Source: a virus
Reading direction: 5' to 3' (one strand)
Length of the DNA stretch: 64,000 nt
IMG/VR virus record: IMGVR_UViG_3300019880_000001
Location: 1-64,000 of that record
Shown here: in pieces, positions 19,358 through 28,247 of the stretch
How the letters are laid out: each line of letters starts with the position of its first letter
How positions within the stretch are numbered: position 1 is the stretch's first letter
Program-made: the position numbers and the translations under genes
The notes under the pieces: generated by a model
Told to the model about the DNA's origin: nothing
Databases searched by the model: none
What the model saw: the letters and a program-made list of their open reading frames with translations, nothing else

Positions 19358-19612
19358 ATGTCGAACGCAAAAACTGGAGTCTGGAGCGCCATCGGCGCGG
19401 TACTCGGTGGGGCTGCGGGCGTGGCGGCGGGCAACTACGCCGCGCAAATGCGTCCTCGAGTTCGGTACGCGAACGCAGGCCGGAAGCGCAGTCGAGGCCA
19501 GGCCGTCGAAGACGCGATGGTGATGGGCGGCGCCGCTGGCGCTGCGGTCGGCGCGTTCCTCGGTGGGACCATCGCCGGCGAAGACCCCCCTCCGCCGCAG
19601 CTCAAGCGATGA
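19358..19612 (+). CDS. glycine-zipper membrane protein
   Basis: Two GxxxGxxxG hydrophobic segments. Confidence 0.7.
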   Translation: MSNAKTGVWSAIGAVLGGAAGVAAGNYAAQMRPRVRYANAGRKRSRGQAVEDAMVMGGAAGAAVGAFLGGTIAGEDPPPPQLKR

Positions 19613-19696
19613 ACTGGCTGCTCGGGGCGCTTCGAGGCGTCTCGATCTCAGGGTTCCGGTCGAGTCACCACTGGACGGCGCTCGCTTGGGCGGAGC

Positions 19697-20185
19697 TCAA
19701 CGCGGCAAGCGCGGCGGGCGCTTCGGTGGCGGCGGCAAGCTCGGGTCGCGGCGGGAATCGTTAGGGCCCAAGCCCGGAACAACCAGTTCCAGCAACTCAC
19801 GAACCCCCGTCGGAGCCTCGTCCCACTCTATAGGACGATCCGAGCGGCCTCGGTTGATGTGCCCGCGCAGTAGCAAGCTTGCAGTCCGACGCGCGTCTTC
19901 GATTCGAGCTATTCGTTCGTCGCTGAGTTCGCCCTCGAACCTCTCTCGTTGCTTGTCGAGCTTGTCACCGAGGCTTGCGGTTACAGCTTCTTTGGAGGCT
20001 TGCAGCGCTTCGTACTGCTTCTTCTGTTCTTCGATGCGAGCCTCGAGCGCGCCGACTAGCTTCGCGTCTTTCCCGCGCATCATGCCCCACACCGCGCCGA
20101 CGCCGGCGACCGCCATCGTGAGCAAGTATGGCCCTATTCCATGGGTCAGGTCTTGCGCCACGTTCGGTGGAGGCGTGTCGATCAC
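19697..20185 (-). CDS. membrane-anchored coiled-coil protein
   Basis: N-terminal TM followed by a heptad-rich region. Confidence 0.65.
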   Translation of the reverse strand: MIDTPPPNVAQDLTHGIGPYLLTMAVAGVGAVWGMMRGKDAKLVGALEARIEEQKKQYEALQASKEAVTASLGDKLDKQRERFEGELSDERIARIEDARRTASLLLRGHINRGRSDRPIEWDEAPTGVRELLELVVPGLGPNDSRRDPSLPPPPKRPPRLPR

Positions 20186-20655
20186 TCCGGTTCAGGCTCC
20201 GGTAACGTTGCTGGGGGGATGGCTGGAGCGCTGATCCCAAGGTGCTGCTCGATCATGGCGAGCCTGATGCTTAGCGCTTGCTGCTCTGTCGAAAGCTTGT
20301 GCGAGCGGTTCCGAAGCTGACGAAGCCACTTGGCGTGTTCGTCGCCGCGTTTCGCCTCGTCACGAATCAGTTTGGCGTGCTCGTCTCCACGTTGTGTTTC
20401 TCGTTGGTAGTGCTCCGCGATCATGCTTCTGATGTCGTGCACCGCCAACAAGATGCGCTCGTCTCGCTTGTCGATCTGTCCGATCAAGTCCTGACGAAAG
20501 TGACCGAAAACTTCGAGTACGTCTTCCACGCTGGGGGATTTGATCGGTTGGGTCTTCCCGAAACTTTCGGGAGCAGGAACTCCGGCCTCAGTTGTGCGCT
20601 CCCACGGCGGCGGAACCATCTCTTCGATCGAGTCGGGGACGTGTTCGTCGCTCAT
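20182..20655 (-). CDS. coiled-coil protein
   Basis: Begins MSDEHVPDS; duplicated RGDEHAK; coupled to neighbours. Confidence 0.6.
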   Translation of the reverse strand: MSDEHVPDSIEEMVPPPWERTTEAGVPAPESFGKTQPIKSPSVEDVLEVFGHFRQDLIGQIDKRDERILLAVHDIRSMIAEHYQRETQRGDEHAKLIRDEAKRGDEHAKWLRQLRNRSHKLSTEQQALSIRLAMIEQHLGISAPAIPPATLPEPEPE

Positions 20656-21488
20656 GTGTGGCTCGGCTCGATCTGCTGCTTGCGGGGTACGTAATAGACG
20701 ATGAGCGCGCCAACAACCAGCGCGGCCGTGCCTGCGGCGGCGATCCCAGCCCAGTGGAGCGTTTTGGGTAACCCCTTCGCGGTTTCGGTGAGCCCTACGG
20801 TAGTGGCTTCTACCATATCGTGTACTTCTCCGAGCAGCTCGCCTGCGGAGTAGCCGATGAGTTCGATGACACCCTTCGTGGAGATGTAGGACCCCTCGAT
20901 GCGCGCGCGGATCTCCTGTTGGAGGCTGAACGATGGCACGTCCGGGAGATGCAACGGGATGTTCCAGAGCTTCGAGAGCGCGATCAGCTCTTGCGTGTAG
21001 GGGCCGCCGACGCGCATGACGACGTCTTGGTGCCACTTGAGCATCGACGACGCGCCGGCAAGGAGATCGGCGCTCGACTTGTCCTTCCAGGCATTCCACT
21101 GCGTCAGGATGCCGCCCGGGTCCGTGTTGCTCGTACGAATGCGCGCGAGCGACAACGAGGAGCAAAACTCCTGGTTCGCGCTCGGGGGGATCTGAGCTTT
21201 GGTGAAGATGCCCGGCGGACACTGTTTCGTGTCCGGTAGGCTCTCGAGGAGGTCGGCCAAGTTCCGCCAGAGCGCGAGCTGCGCTCCGATGTACGGGTCC
21301 CACTCTTGCCGGTACGCGAGCAAATCTCCGACGTCGCCGACCCCGACGCCACTCAGCCCCGAGTTGAGCGACGGATCGAGCGCGATGACGCGACGGCCGC
21401 CGTAGTAGATCCCCTCTGGTCGGATGATGGGGCACTCTCCGAGCCCCAACACCGGACGGCCACCGAAGGAAACGGTTTCGTTGATCAT
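20652..21488 (-). CDS. putative virion membrane protein (C-terminal TM)
   Basis: N-terminal FGGRPVLGLGE; C-terminal TM followed by PRK. Confidence 0.7.
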   Translation of the reverse strand: MINETVSFGGRPVLGLGECPIIRPEGIYYGGRRVIALDPSLNSGLSGVGVGDVGDLLAYRQEWDPYIGAQLALWRNLADLLESLPDTKQCPPGIFTKAQIPPSANQEFCSSLSLARIRTSNTDPGGILTQWNAWKDKSSADLLAGASSMLKWHQDVVMRVGGPYTQELIALSKLWNIPLHLPDVPSFSLQQEIRARIEGSYISTKGVIELIGYSAGELLGEVHDMVEATTVGLTETAKGLPKTLHWAGIAAAGTAALVVGALIVYYVPRKQQIEPSHT

Positions 21489-21667
21489 CGTTTTTTCTTC
21501 TTTCGAACCTTGTGCGCGACCTCTTCGATGGCCCATCCGGCTGCCGCGCTCACAACGCTCGATGCGATCAACATCGGCCACGGTGACGCCGTCTTCGTGG
21601 TCGGCGGTGAAGGATCGGAGCTTTCACCGAAACCGACTACGGGATGGCCGCCGTAGTGGACGATCAT
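21485..21667 (-). CDS. small membrane protein
   Basis: YGGHPVVGFGE, TM, RKKKKR tail. Confidence 0.65.
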   Translation of the reverse strand: MIVHYGGHPVVGFGESSDPSPPTTKTASPWPMLIASSVVSAAAGWAIEEVAHKVRKKKKR

Positions 21668-22380
21668 GACTTGTCTCGCGCCCACGCCTTGAACATCATG
21701 AGCACACCCATCTCTGGGATGCCTGCGGTTGGTATTTCGGCCACGGACGTCAACGGTGCGGTTACGGGCGCGTCGACCATGTAGCGGTACGCACCAGGAC
21801 CGAGATCATCGTCTTCTGGCCAGTTGGGTGGAAGCAAAGATCCTGGCGGGTACGCGACGGCGTTCAGCTCCGGCTTCGTCGCTGCCGCCGCCTCGAACAT
21901 GCGACTGCCTTGGGCGATGAACTCCGGCGGGAGCGGTATGCCGCTCATCCCTGCGACTGCGACGGCGATCCGTTGTCCGGCTTTGACGGTGCTGTTCGCT
22001 TGGACTGGCTTCCACCCCGACGCCGCCGGCGACGGTGCCGGTGTCGGCACTGGTGTTATCGGTACGGGTGACGGAGAGACTGTCGCCGCCGGCGTCGTCG
22101 ATGTGGGGTTGGCTGCGCGCTCTTTCTTCGCAGCGGTGTTGACGATGTGCATGCCGACAGCGGCTCCGGCTATTACGCCCCCGAAGCCGCCTACGATCGC
22201 GCCGGCAGCCGTTCCGACGCCCGCTTTGATCATTTGCCCGACAACGGTTCCGCCGATCACACCCACGACGAGTCCGACAGCCGGCGCGACGATTATCCCC
22301 TCGAGCAGCGCCTTCTCTCCTTCTTCGTCGCCGAAACCGACAACCGACACACCGTTGAGAGAAATTCGTTCGTGCATCAT
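21664..22380 (-). CDS. glycine-zipper membrane protein with Pro/Thr linker
   Basis: LNGVSVVGFGD, two glycine-zipper TMs, PT-rich linker. Confidence 0.7.
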   Translation of the reverse strand: MMHERISLNGVSVVGFGDEEGEKALLEGIIVAPAVGLVVGVIGGTVVGQMIKAGVGTAAGAIVGGFGGVIAGAAVGMHIVNTAAKKERAANPTSTTPAATVSPSPVPITPVPTPAPSPAASGWKPVQANSTVKAGQRIAVAVAGMSGIPLPPEFIAQGSRMFEAAAATKPELNAVAYPPGSLLPPNWPEDDDLGPGAYRYMVDAPVTAPLTSVAEIPTAGIPEMGVLMMFKAWARDKS

Positions 22381-22796
22381 GACGCGCGTCTCCAGTGAAC
22401 CAATGTGGCAGTGGTCCCTACGGCGAGGCTGATCACCGTGAGGACACCGATCGTGCGGTCCAAACCCGAGCCGGACGGCGGAGCGATACCAGCCCCCTCC
22501 GACGTCCCGCCCGGGAGGTAGATGCCTGCGCTTCGGAAGCAACCCTGCACGAAGTCATTCTTCTCGTCGCGGCCCCAAGCGCGCGGCTCGACACGAATGA
22601 GCGTCGTGACGCCGGGGAGCGGGTAGCTCTCGGTCGCTCCGAGCGGCACGGAAGGATCGGCGACGATGGCTTTCGCGCGCTGCGCTAGAGCGTCCGGAAT
22701 CGGACCGTCTGCGTCAGACCACGTGCGCCACCCATCCGGGGTCGGTACGACCGGACACTGAGCTGCAAGCTGGGATCCGGCGCCGAATTGGGCCAT
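22377..22796 (-). CDS. 'PxGWR' domain protein with C-terminal TM
   Basis: PTPDGWRTW...; C-terminal TM followed by WRRAS. Confidence 0.65.
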   Translation of the reverse strand: MAQFGAGSQLAAQCPVVPTPDGWRTWSDADGPIPDALAQRAKAIVADPSVPLGATESYPLPGVTTLIRVEPRAWGRDEKNDFVQGCFRSAGIYLPGGTSEGAGIAPPSGSGLDRTIGVLTVISLAVGTTATLVHWRRAS

Positions 22797-22879
22797 CCCA
22801 GGTTAGAGTACGCGCAACGCCTTGACACGTCTACTCGCAGGGGCGTAAGTATACCCAAGGGTAAACGACGGCGAAACGG

Positions 22880-23083
22880 ATGGTAACCCCTGTGAAGATT
22901 CCGACGAAAACCAGATTCGTAGGACTCAAATTTACCCCCGAGCAGCACCGCGAAATAGCGGAACGTGCTGGTCATTCTGGGATTCACTTGAGCGCTTGGA
23001 TGCGATCGATTTTAGTCCAGGCTGCCAACCAGAAGCCACGCAAGGGGTATCTTCGTATTCGCGAGCCAGACGGAGCGACCTGA
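22880..23083 (+). CDS. ribbon-helix-helix DNA-binding protein
   Basis: FVGLKFTPEQHREIAERAGHSGIHLSAWMRSIL (MobC/CopG-like pattern). Confidence 0.75.
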   Translation: MVTPVKIPTKTRFVGLKFTPEQHREIAERAGHSGIHLSAWMRSILVQAANQKPRKGYLRIREPDGAT

Positions 23084-23674
23084 ATGGATCCTCGCAAACT
23101 GATGGGTTTCCAAGTTCCTGGGGACCAGAAGGTGCCCATTCCGGTCCGTGACTGGAATGGGATGAAGCTCGCGCTGTGGCGCAGCAAGACGGCGTGGGAG
23201 ATCGCGGCGCGAGAGGCCGCTACGATCTTGAACCAGTGCGCGCACGCGGACGGCTGCGAAGCCGTGCGGGACGAGACGAGGCCGTGCCGGTCAGACGTCT
23301 ACGCAAGGGACCCTCAGGGTCCCGACGAGACGGATGAGGCGTACGCGCAGCGTCCCGGTGTTCTCGTCCAAAGCGGGTGCCCCGATCGTGAGCGCCGGAT
23401 GAGCGCGCTCGTCATCCTCAACGCCGCGCGCATGTTCGCGCCGGTCGACGTCCGGCGTCCTTCCAGCGAACCGTACTTCGCCCCGAGCCGCGAATACTTC
23501 AGTGAAGTGCTCGCAGAGCTTAGTGCCGCACAGATCGAGCTAGAGGCCCTCCGCGAAGCGCTGCGCGCAGCAGACGTGCCGGTACCCTCACCGCCCGAGC
23601 TCGCGCCGTCTACTCTCACCGAACGCGCACCGCCCCCACAACTACCGCCCGCACCACTCGAGGAGTCACAGTGA
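23084..23674 (+). CDS. hypothetical protein
   Basis: 196 aa ORF abutting the RHH gene. Confidence 0.65.
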   Translation: MDPRKLMGFQVPGDQKVPIPVRDWNGMKLALWRSKTAWEIAAREAATILNQCAHADGCEAVRDETRPCRSDVYARDPQGPDETDEAYAQRPGVLVQSGCPDRERRMSALVILNAARMFAPVDVRRPSSEPYFAPSREYFSEVLAELSAAQIELEALREALRAADVPVPSPPELAPSTLTERAPPPQLPPAPLEESQ

Positions 23675-24042
23675 AATTCGTACCCAGGCGCAACCAAGTC
23701 ATCGGCCGTGTGGTCATCAGACGAACCCTGACGTCGATCGTTTTGGTCGACGAGTCGAAGGTCACGAAGTTCATCTTGATCGACGCGGTCGGCGAGGAAG
23801 CCGCCGCGAACGGAGTCAAGGTCGGTGACGTGATCGTGCCGTTGACGATCAACAACATCATGCTCAACAACGGCTTCCGGCCTGTGCTCGACGAGAAGAA
23901 CATCGCGTTCTTCGTGACGGACATCGCGCCGGGCGAGCTCATGGTTCAGACGGACAGCGGCAGCAAGTACGTCCCACTCGATGCGGAGGACGCGGCGCAA
24001 TCTCTCGGCGCGCCCAGTGTCGACCAAGAAGAGGCAGCTTGA
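23671..24042 (+). CDS. GroES/Cpn10-like co-chaperonin
   Basis: MKFVPRRNQVI..SIVL..IDAVGE..GVKVGDVIV parallels GroES (RPLHDRVI..GIVL..VLAVG..VKVGDIV). Confidence 0.6.
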   Translation: MKFVPRRNQVIGRVVIRRTLTSIVLVDESKVTKFILIDAVGEEAAANGVKVGDVIVPLTINNIMLNNGFRPVLDEKNIAFFVTDIAPGELMVQTDSGSKYVPLDAEDAAQSLGAPSVDQEEAA

Positions 24043-24716
24043 CGTACGGCGCTCGTGACATCATTCGGCGTCAACGCGCCGATTGCGCGTGCGAGACACC
24101 CGCACGCGCACCCGCTCGTGCGTTCGTTCGCGAAAGCGGCGGACGGATCGTACGTCCGCGCGCGTTCATGCGCGCAGAGGTCTTCGAGCGCGCCAAGACT
24201 CACCGGCCGCGCGACGCCGAGCCGATCGTGCTCGCAGGCAAGCCCGGCTCGAAGTGTCGGCCGTTCCTCAAGGTCGAGAAGGACGCCGAGAAGTTCGCAG
24301 CGTGCAACGCGCTCGCCGACGAGCTCGGGCCCCTCAACGAGCCCGAGAAGATGTACCAGATCATCGAAGACGCCATCGGAGATGAGGTCAACGAAGTCTT
24401 CGGCGTTCTGATGCTCGACATCCACTTGCGTTTCAAGGGTCTCGCCGAGACCGGGCGCGGAGAGCCGTCGAGCGTGATGGCGCCTTTGAAGCCGACGCTT
24501 CAGATGGCGCTCATCTCCGGTGCAGATTCGATCGTGTTGTGGCACGTGCACCCCTCCGGGATCGAAGCCGAGCCCAGCGACGCGGACAAGGAAACCACAG
24601 AAGCGTTCGCCGAAGCGTGCGAGGCCATCGACCTGCCGCTACTGGATCACTTGATCATCGGCGGTGACATTCGGAACCGTAGCTACTTCAGTTTCGCAGA
24701 GGACGGCTTACTATGA
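24039..24716 (+). CDS. RadC-like JAB/MPN domain protein with basic N-terminal extension
   Basis: EVFGVLMLD...HVHPSG...PSDAD...LLDHLIIG. Confidence 0.88.
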   Translation: MTYGARDIIRRQRADCACETPARAPARAFVRESGGRIVRPRAFMRAEVFERAKTHRPRDAEPIVLAGKPGSKCRPFLKVEKDAEKFAACNALADELGPLNEPEKMYQIIEDAIGDEVNEVFGVLMLDIHLRFKGLAETGRGEPSSVMAPLKPTLQMALISGADSIVLWHVHPSGIEAEPSDADKETTEAFAEACEAIDLPLLDHLIIGGDIRNRSYFSFAEDGLL

Positions 24717-25123
24717 ACGCGCCCGCCAACAATCAGAGGCGCTTGCCGGCGCCGAACCCGAACTCACCCGTGCTCACTCGGATGATTTCCGATCCGTTCT
24801 TCAACGAGCAGCCCGAAGCGATCACCTGGACGCTCTATGCAGATCACCCGCTCGCGACGGGCATGAAGGTGGTACGGATGTTCGTCAATCACGACGGTGT
24901 CGAAGTGTATTCGGCGCCCGCAGATCCGTCGAGACCATGCCTGCGCAACATCATTCCGATCTCGAAGGTGCGTCTCACCGAAGAATCGATGCCGTTCACC
25001 CTCTTCGCCGAAGAGCTGACCGACGCCGAAACAGAAGAAGACGATGACGACGACGACGAAGATGATCCGGAACCGGAGCCCGGTGAGAGCTCAACGGTCA
25101 CGTCGGGTACCACGTCGTCTTGA
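24713..25123 (+). CDS. hypothetical protein with acidic tail
   Basis: ATGA-coupled; poly-D/E C-terminus. Confidence 0.65.
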   Translation: MNAPANNQRRLPAPNPNSPVLTRMISDPFFNEQPEAITWTLYADHPLATGMKVVRMFVNHDGVEVYSAPADPSRPCLRNIIPISKVRLTEESMPFTLFAEELTDAETEEDDDDDDEDDPEPEPGESSTVTSGTTSS

Positions 25124-25140
25124 AAGCAGGACTTGTCAGA

Positions 25141-26760
25141 ATGTCTCGCGGCAGTAGAAAACGCGAGCAGGACGCAAGCGAGCGCCACTCGGGTGCAGCC
25201 GGCATACCCGCTCAAGAAGACGAAGCCGACATCTTGGAAGAGGTGGGCGGCGAACGCGACGAAGGCGGAGAGCTCATGGTAGACGAGGCGTCTGTCGTGG
25301 CCGTAGGCGCGGTCGACGCCGACAGCGTGCGCACCAATCGGCGCATGGACGCTGTCGTGAAGAAGAAGCGTGGAGGCGAGAAGCACGTCACGTTCAACAC
25401 CGACGACTTGCTCACCATGTACGAGAGCTTGATCAAGGTGTGGGCTCCGAACACGCTCGACATCAGTGTCAGGCGCATGACCGGCTCCGCAGTCACGCGG
25501 GTGATCACCAGCCGTCCTCGATCTGGGGTGGAGCTCTACGAAGCGATCAGGGCCATGCACGGCCTGTGCGAGGAGTCCGAGTACGAGGTCAAGTTCCTCG
25601 ACACCAACCGCAAAATGTATCGCGGCACCGGCCGAATCACGATGCCGGACACGCGCGTTACATCGCCGCAAGGACAATCGCCCATGTACCCGCCGAACGG
25701 TGCGCCTCTAGGATACCCTCCGCCGCAAACGTACCCGCCTCAGCAGGTGCCTCAAGCGGCCCCCGTAGGCGCTCCGCCCGGATCTGATCCGATGGCGATG
25801 ATGCACCAGATGTTTCAACTGTTCCAACAGATGCAAGCGTCGGTGCAACCGCAGTCGCCGTTCCAAGCACCGCAAATGCCGGCAACCGCGCCGGTGTCTT
25901 CACCGCAAGTCGGACCCATGGATCCGATGGCGATGATGAATCAGATGTTTCAGATGTTCCAGCAAATGCAGGGGCAGCAACCCGTGCACGCAGCTCCTCA
26001 GCCCGTAGCGGCGCCGGCGCCTGCTCCGTCGCCGCCAGGAGGGATCGATCAGTTGGCGATGCTGGAGCGGTGCTTCGAGCTCTTCCAGAAAATGCAGCCA
26101 CCGCCGGCGCCGGTTAGCCGTGGGCCGTTCCAGCGCGACCCACGGGCTCCTTACTACCCGCAAGGAGAACGGGCGGGTGGCCCAGAGCGTACCGGCGCAC
26201 CGCAGCAACACCAACCGCCCCAGCGCCCTCCGTCGATGGTCGAGCAGTTCCGCGAATCGATCGGCATCGTGCGTACAGCACGGAGCATGCTCGACGAAAT
26301 GGAAGGGCTGATGCCCGGAAGCTCCCAAGAGGCACCTACGGTGTCGGGCTTGGGCGACGACGATGAGGATAGCCCGATCAAGATCATCGACACCGGCGCC
26401 GGAAAGATCGTCGTCAACAAGCACGACGGCGGCATGCGCCTCTGGGAATCCGGCTTCGCGAACCTGCCCGACATCCTCAAGTGGGGTGGCGAGCAGATCC
26501 AGAAGATCAACAAGACGAACTCCGAGCGCCAACTGCAACAGCAGCAGCCACGACAGCAACTCCCGCCCGGCTACGTCGAGGTGCACCCCGGATACCGCCC
26601 ACCGCCCGGGTACGTGGCGGTCGCAGTCGATCAAGAGCAACCGCAGCAAGAGGAGAGGCTTCCTCCGCCGCCCACGAACTTGCCTCCGCCGATCCATTCG
26701 TCGCCATCGAGGGAAGCGTGGGGCGAGCCAGTGATCACCGATCAAGTCGAGAACGAGTAG
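25141..26760 (+). CDS. Pro/Gln-rich low-complexity protein with three amphipathic repeats
   Basis: DPMAMMHQMFQLFQQMQ, DPMAMMNQMFQMFQQMQ, DQLAMLERCFELFQKMQ. Start uncertain. Confidence 0.75.
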   Translation: MSRGSRKREQDASERHSGAAGIPAQEDEADILEEVGGERDEGGELMVDEASVVAVGAVDADSVRTNRRMDAVVKKKRGGEKHVTFNTDDLLTMYESLIKVWAPNTLDISVRRMTGSAVTRVITSRPRSGVELYEAIRAMHGLCEESEYEVKFLDTNRKMYRGTGRITMPDTRVTSPQGQSPMYPPNGAPLGYPPPQTYPPQQVPQAAPVGAPPGSDPMAMMHQMFQLFQQMQASVQPQSPFQAPQMPATAPVSSPQVGPMDPMAMMNQMFQMFQQMQGQQPVHAAPQPVAAPAPAPSPPGGIDQLAMLERCFELFQKMQPPPAPVSRGPFQRDPRAPYYPQGERAGGPERTGAPQQHQPPQRPPSMVEQFRESIGIVRTARSMLDEMEGLMPGSSQEAPTVSGLGDDDEDSPIKIIDTGAGKIVVNKHDGGMRLWESGFANLPDILKWGGEQIQKINKTNSERQLQQQQPRQQLPPGYVEVHPGYRPPPGYVAVAVDQEQPQQEERLPPPPTNLPPPIHSSPSREAWGEPVITDQVENE

Positions 26761-26768
26761 AGGCCGTC

Positions 26769-26951
26769 GTGCGATACCGCATCATGATGGGCATCACGGT
26801 AGAAGCCGGCGGCGAACGCCAAGCCTACGATCAAGCCAAGAAGCTAGAGGAGCTCCTCAAGGGACCCCTGGTGAAAATGGCGGTCATGGGCGAAGGAATT
26901 CAACTTTCCGGCGACGGGCGTCCGGTCGTACATCACCCGCAACGCGAATAG
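26769..26951 (+). CDS. small hypothetical protein
   Basis: GAGG RBS followed by GTG; begins MRYRIMMGITVEA. Confidence 0.5.
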   Translation: MRYRIMMGITVEAGGERQAYDQAKKLEELLKGPLVKMAVMGEGIQLSGDGRPVVHHPQRE

Positions 26952-27020
26952 TCGAGCCGAAAAAGCAGACATTGACAACTCGTCTGGACTAGTCCCCGGC
27001 GACGCGCGTACCCTTTGGGG

Positions 27021-28247
27021 ATGCGGGAGTACGTAGTTCAGGCCGGCGACAGTCCCGCGAGCATCGCCGCGAAAGACGAGATGGCCGGTTGCCCCAAGTG
27101 TGCGATCGATCTCGTCCGCGCGAATCCCCACAAGAAACCTGTCGTTCACCCGAACGGATTCGCCTCGTTCGAGAGCTTGAGGGCCGGTGAGAAGCTCAGG
27201 TTGCCCGAGAAGTGGTTCAACGGCGATTTGGAGTCTAGACCGCGCGCTTACTTCGCAGCGCTCCCCCACTACGATGGGGTGACCCCCGGCGTCGGCGCAC
27301 CCAACGTGCTCAACGATTACGCCGCGCTCGACGCCGCCGCTGCGAGAGTAGGATCTCTCGCCGCTCTCGGTGATCGAGAGTTCGCTGCCGCCGTCAACAG
27401 CGCCGCTGACGCTGTGGATGCGTCCGTTCGAGAGATAGGCGAAGCGGAAACCGTACCTACCGTCTACGCCGCCCCGTACGCGAGAGATGTGCGCGCAGCG
27501 ACAGCTCAGGCGAGGCAGTACAACAACATGGTGCTCGACTCGGCTATCGCCGCCGGCGACACACAAGAGGCGTTCCAAGCACGTACCGAAATCTTGAAGA
27601 AGCTCTCGGGCGCGCTCGGGTCGGCACGCCTCGCGTTGCAATCGTTCTACGGAGACGCCGGGGCGGGCGGCGCCGAGCGACCGGCACCGCCACCGCCTGT
27701 ACCTGAGATACAAGTGGATATCGGTCCGGCGACGATCGATCCGAAGCCGGTACCGCCGGCCACCGTCGTCACTTCGGCGCAAGCCGCAGCAGCCGCCATG
27801 AGCGCGGACGCCAACTACTGCGCGTCGGTTTCTCGGCCTGGGAGCGCAGTCAATTCGGCCGTTCATGCGTTCAAAACGGCTTGGAACTCCTCGAATCCGA
27901 GCTCGCCGGTGCCCATCAACACCAGCACCTACGAGCAGGCAACGGCCGATGCGATCAGGCTCGCGATCGGAGCCGCTCCTACCGCGTGCGGCGCCGGCGC
28001 GGCGACTGCGGTCCCGTCCCCCGCCGCGCCTCCTCTAGTAGTGCCGCCACAGCCGCAAGCGGCGCGTGGGATCGGCTTTGCCGGCATCCTGGGGCTTGGG
28101 TTGCTCGGCGCCGGCGCTGTCGGCGGCGCGATCTACTACGCCACCAAAGCGAAGCCCTCTACTCGTCGTCGTGTGCGCCGAGTAAGCCCACGACGACGAT
28201 CTGGACAACGCGACACCATTGGCCCCTGGAAGAAGGATCCGTCGTGA
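27021..28247 (+). CDS. LysM-like and PG-binding-like protein with C-terminal TM and basic tail
   Basis: YVVQAGDSPASIA..LVRANP..LRAGEKLRLP; NYC..VN.AVH.FK.AWN domain shared with 35655; TM followed by RRRVRRVSPRRR. Confidence 0.75.
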   Translation: MREYVVQAGDSPASIAAKDEMAGCPKCAIDLVRANPHKKPVVHPNGFASFESLRAGEKLRLPEKWFNGDLESRPRAYFAALPHYDGVTPGVGAPNVLNDYAALDAAAARVGSLAALGDREFAAAVNSAADAVDASVREIGEAETVPTVYAAPYARDVRAATAQARQYNNMVLDSAIAAGDTQEAFQARTEILKKLSGALGSARLALQSFYGDAGAGGAERPAPPPPVPEIQVDIGPATIDPKPVPPATVVTSAQAAAAAMSADANYCASVSRPGSAVNSAVHAFKTAWNSSNPSSPVPINTSTYEQATADAIRLAIGAAPTACGAGAATAVPSPAAPPLVVPPQPQAARGIGFAGILGLGLLGAGAVGGAIYYATKAKPSTRRRVRRVSPRRRSGQRDTIGPWKKDPS

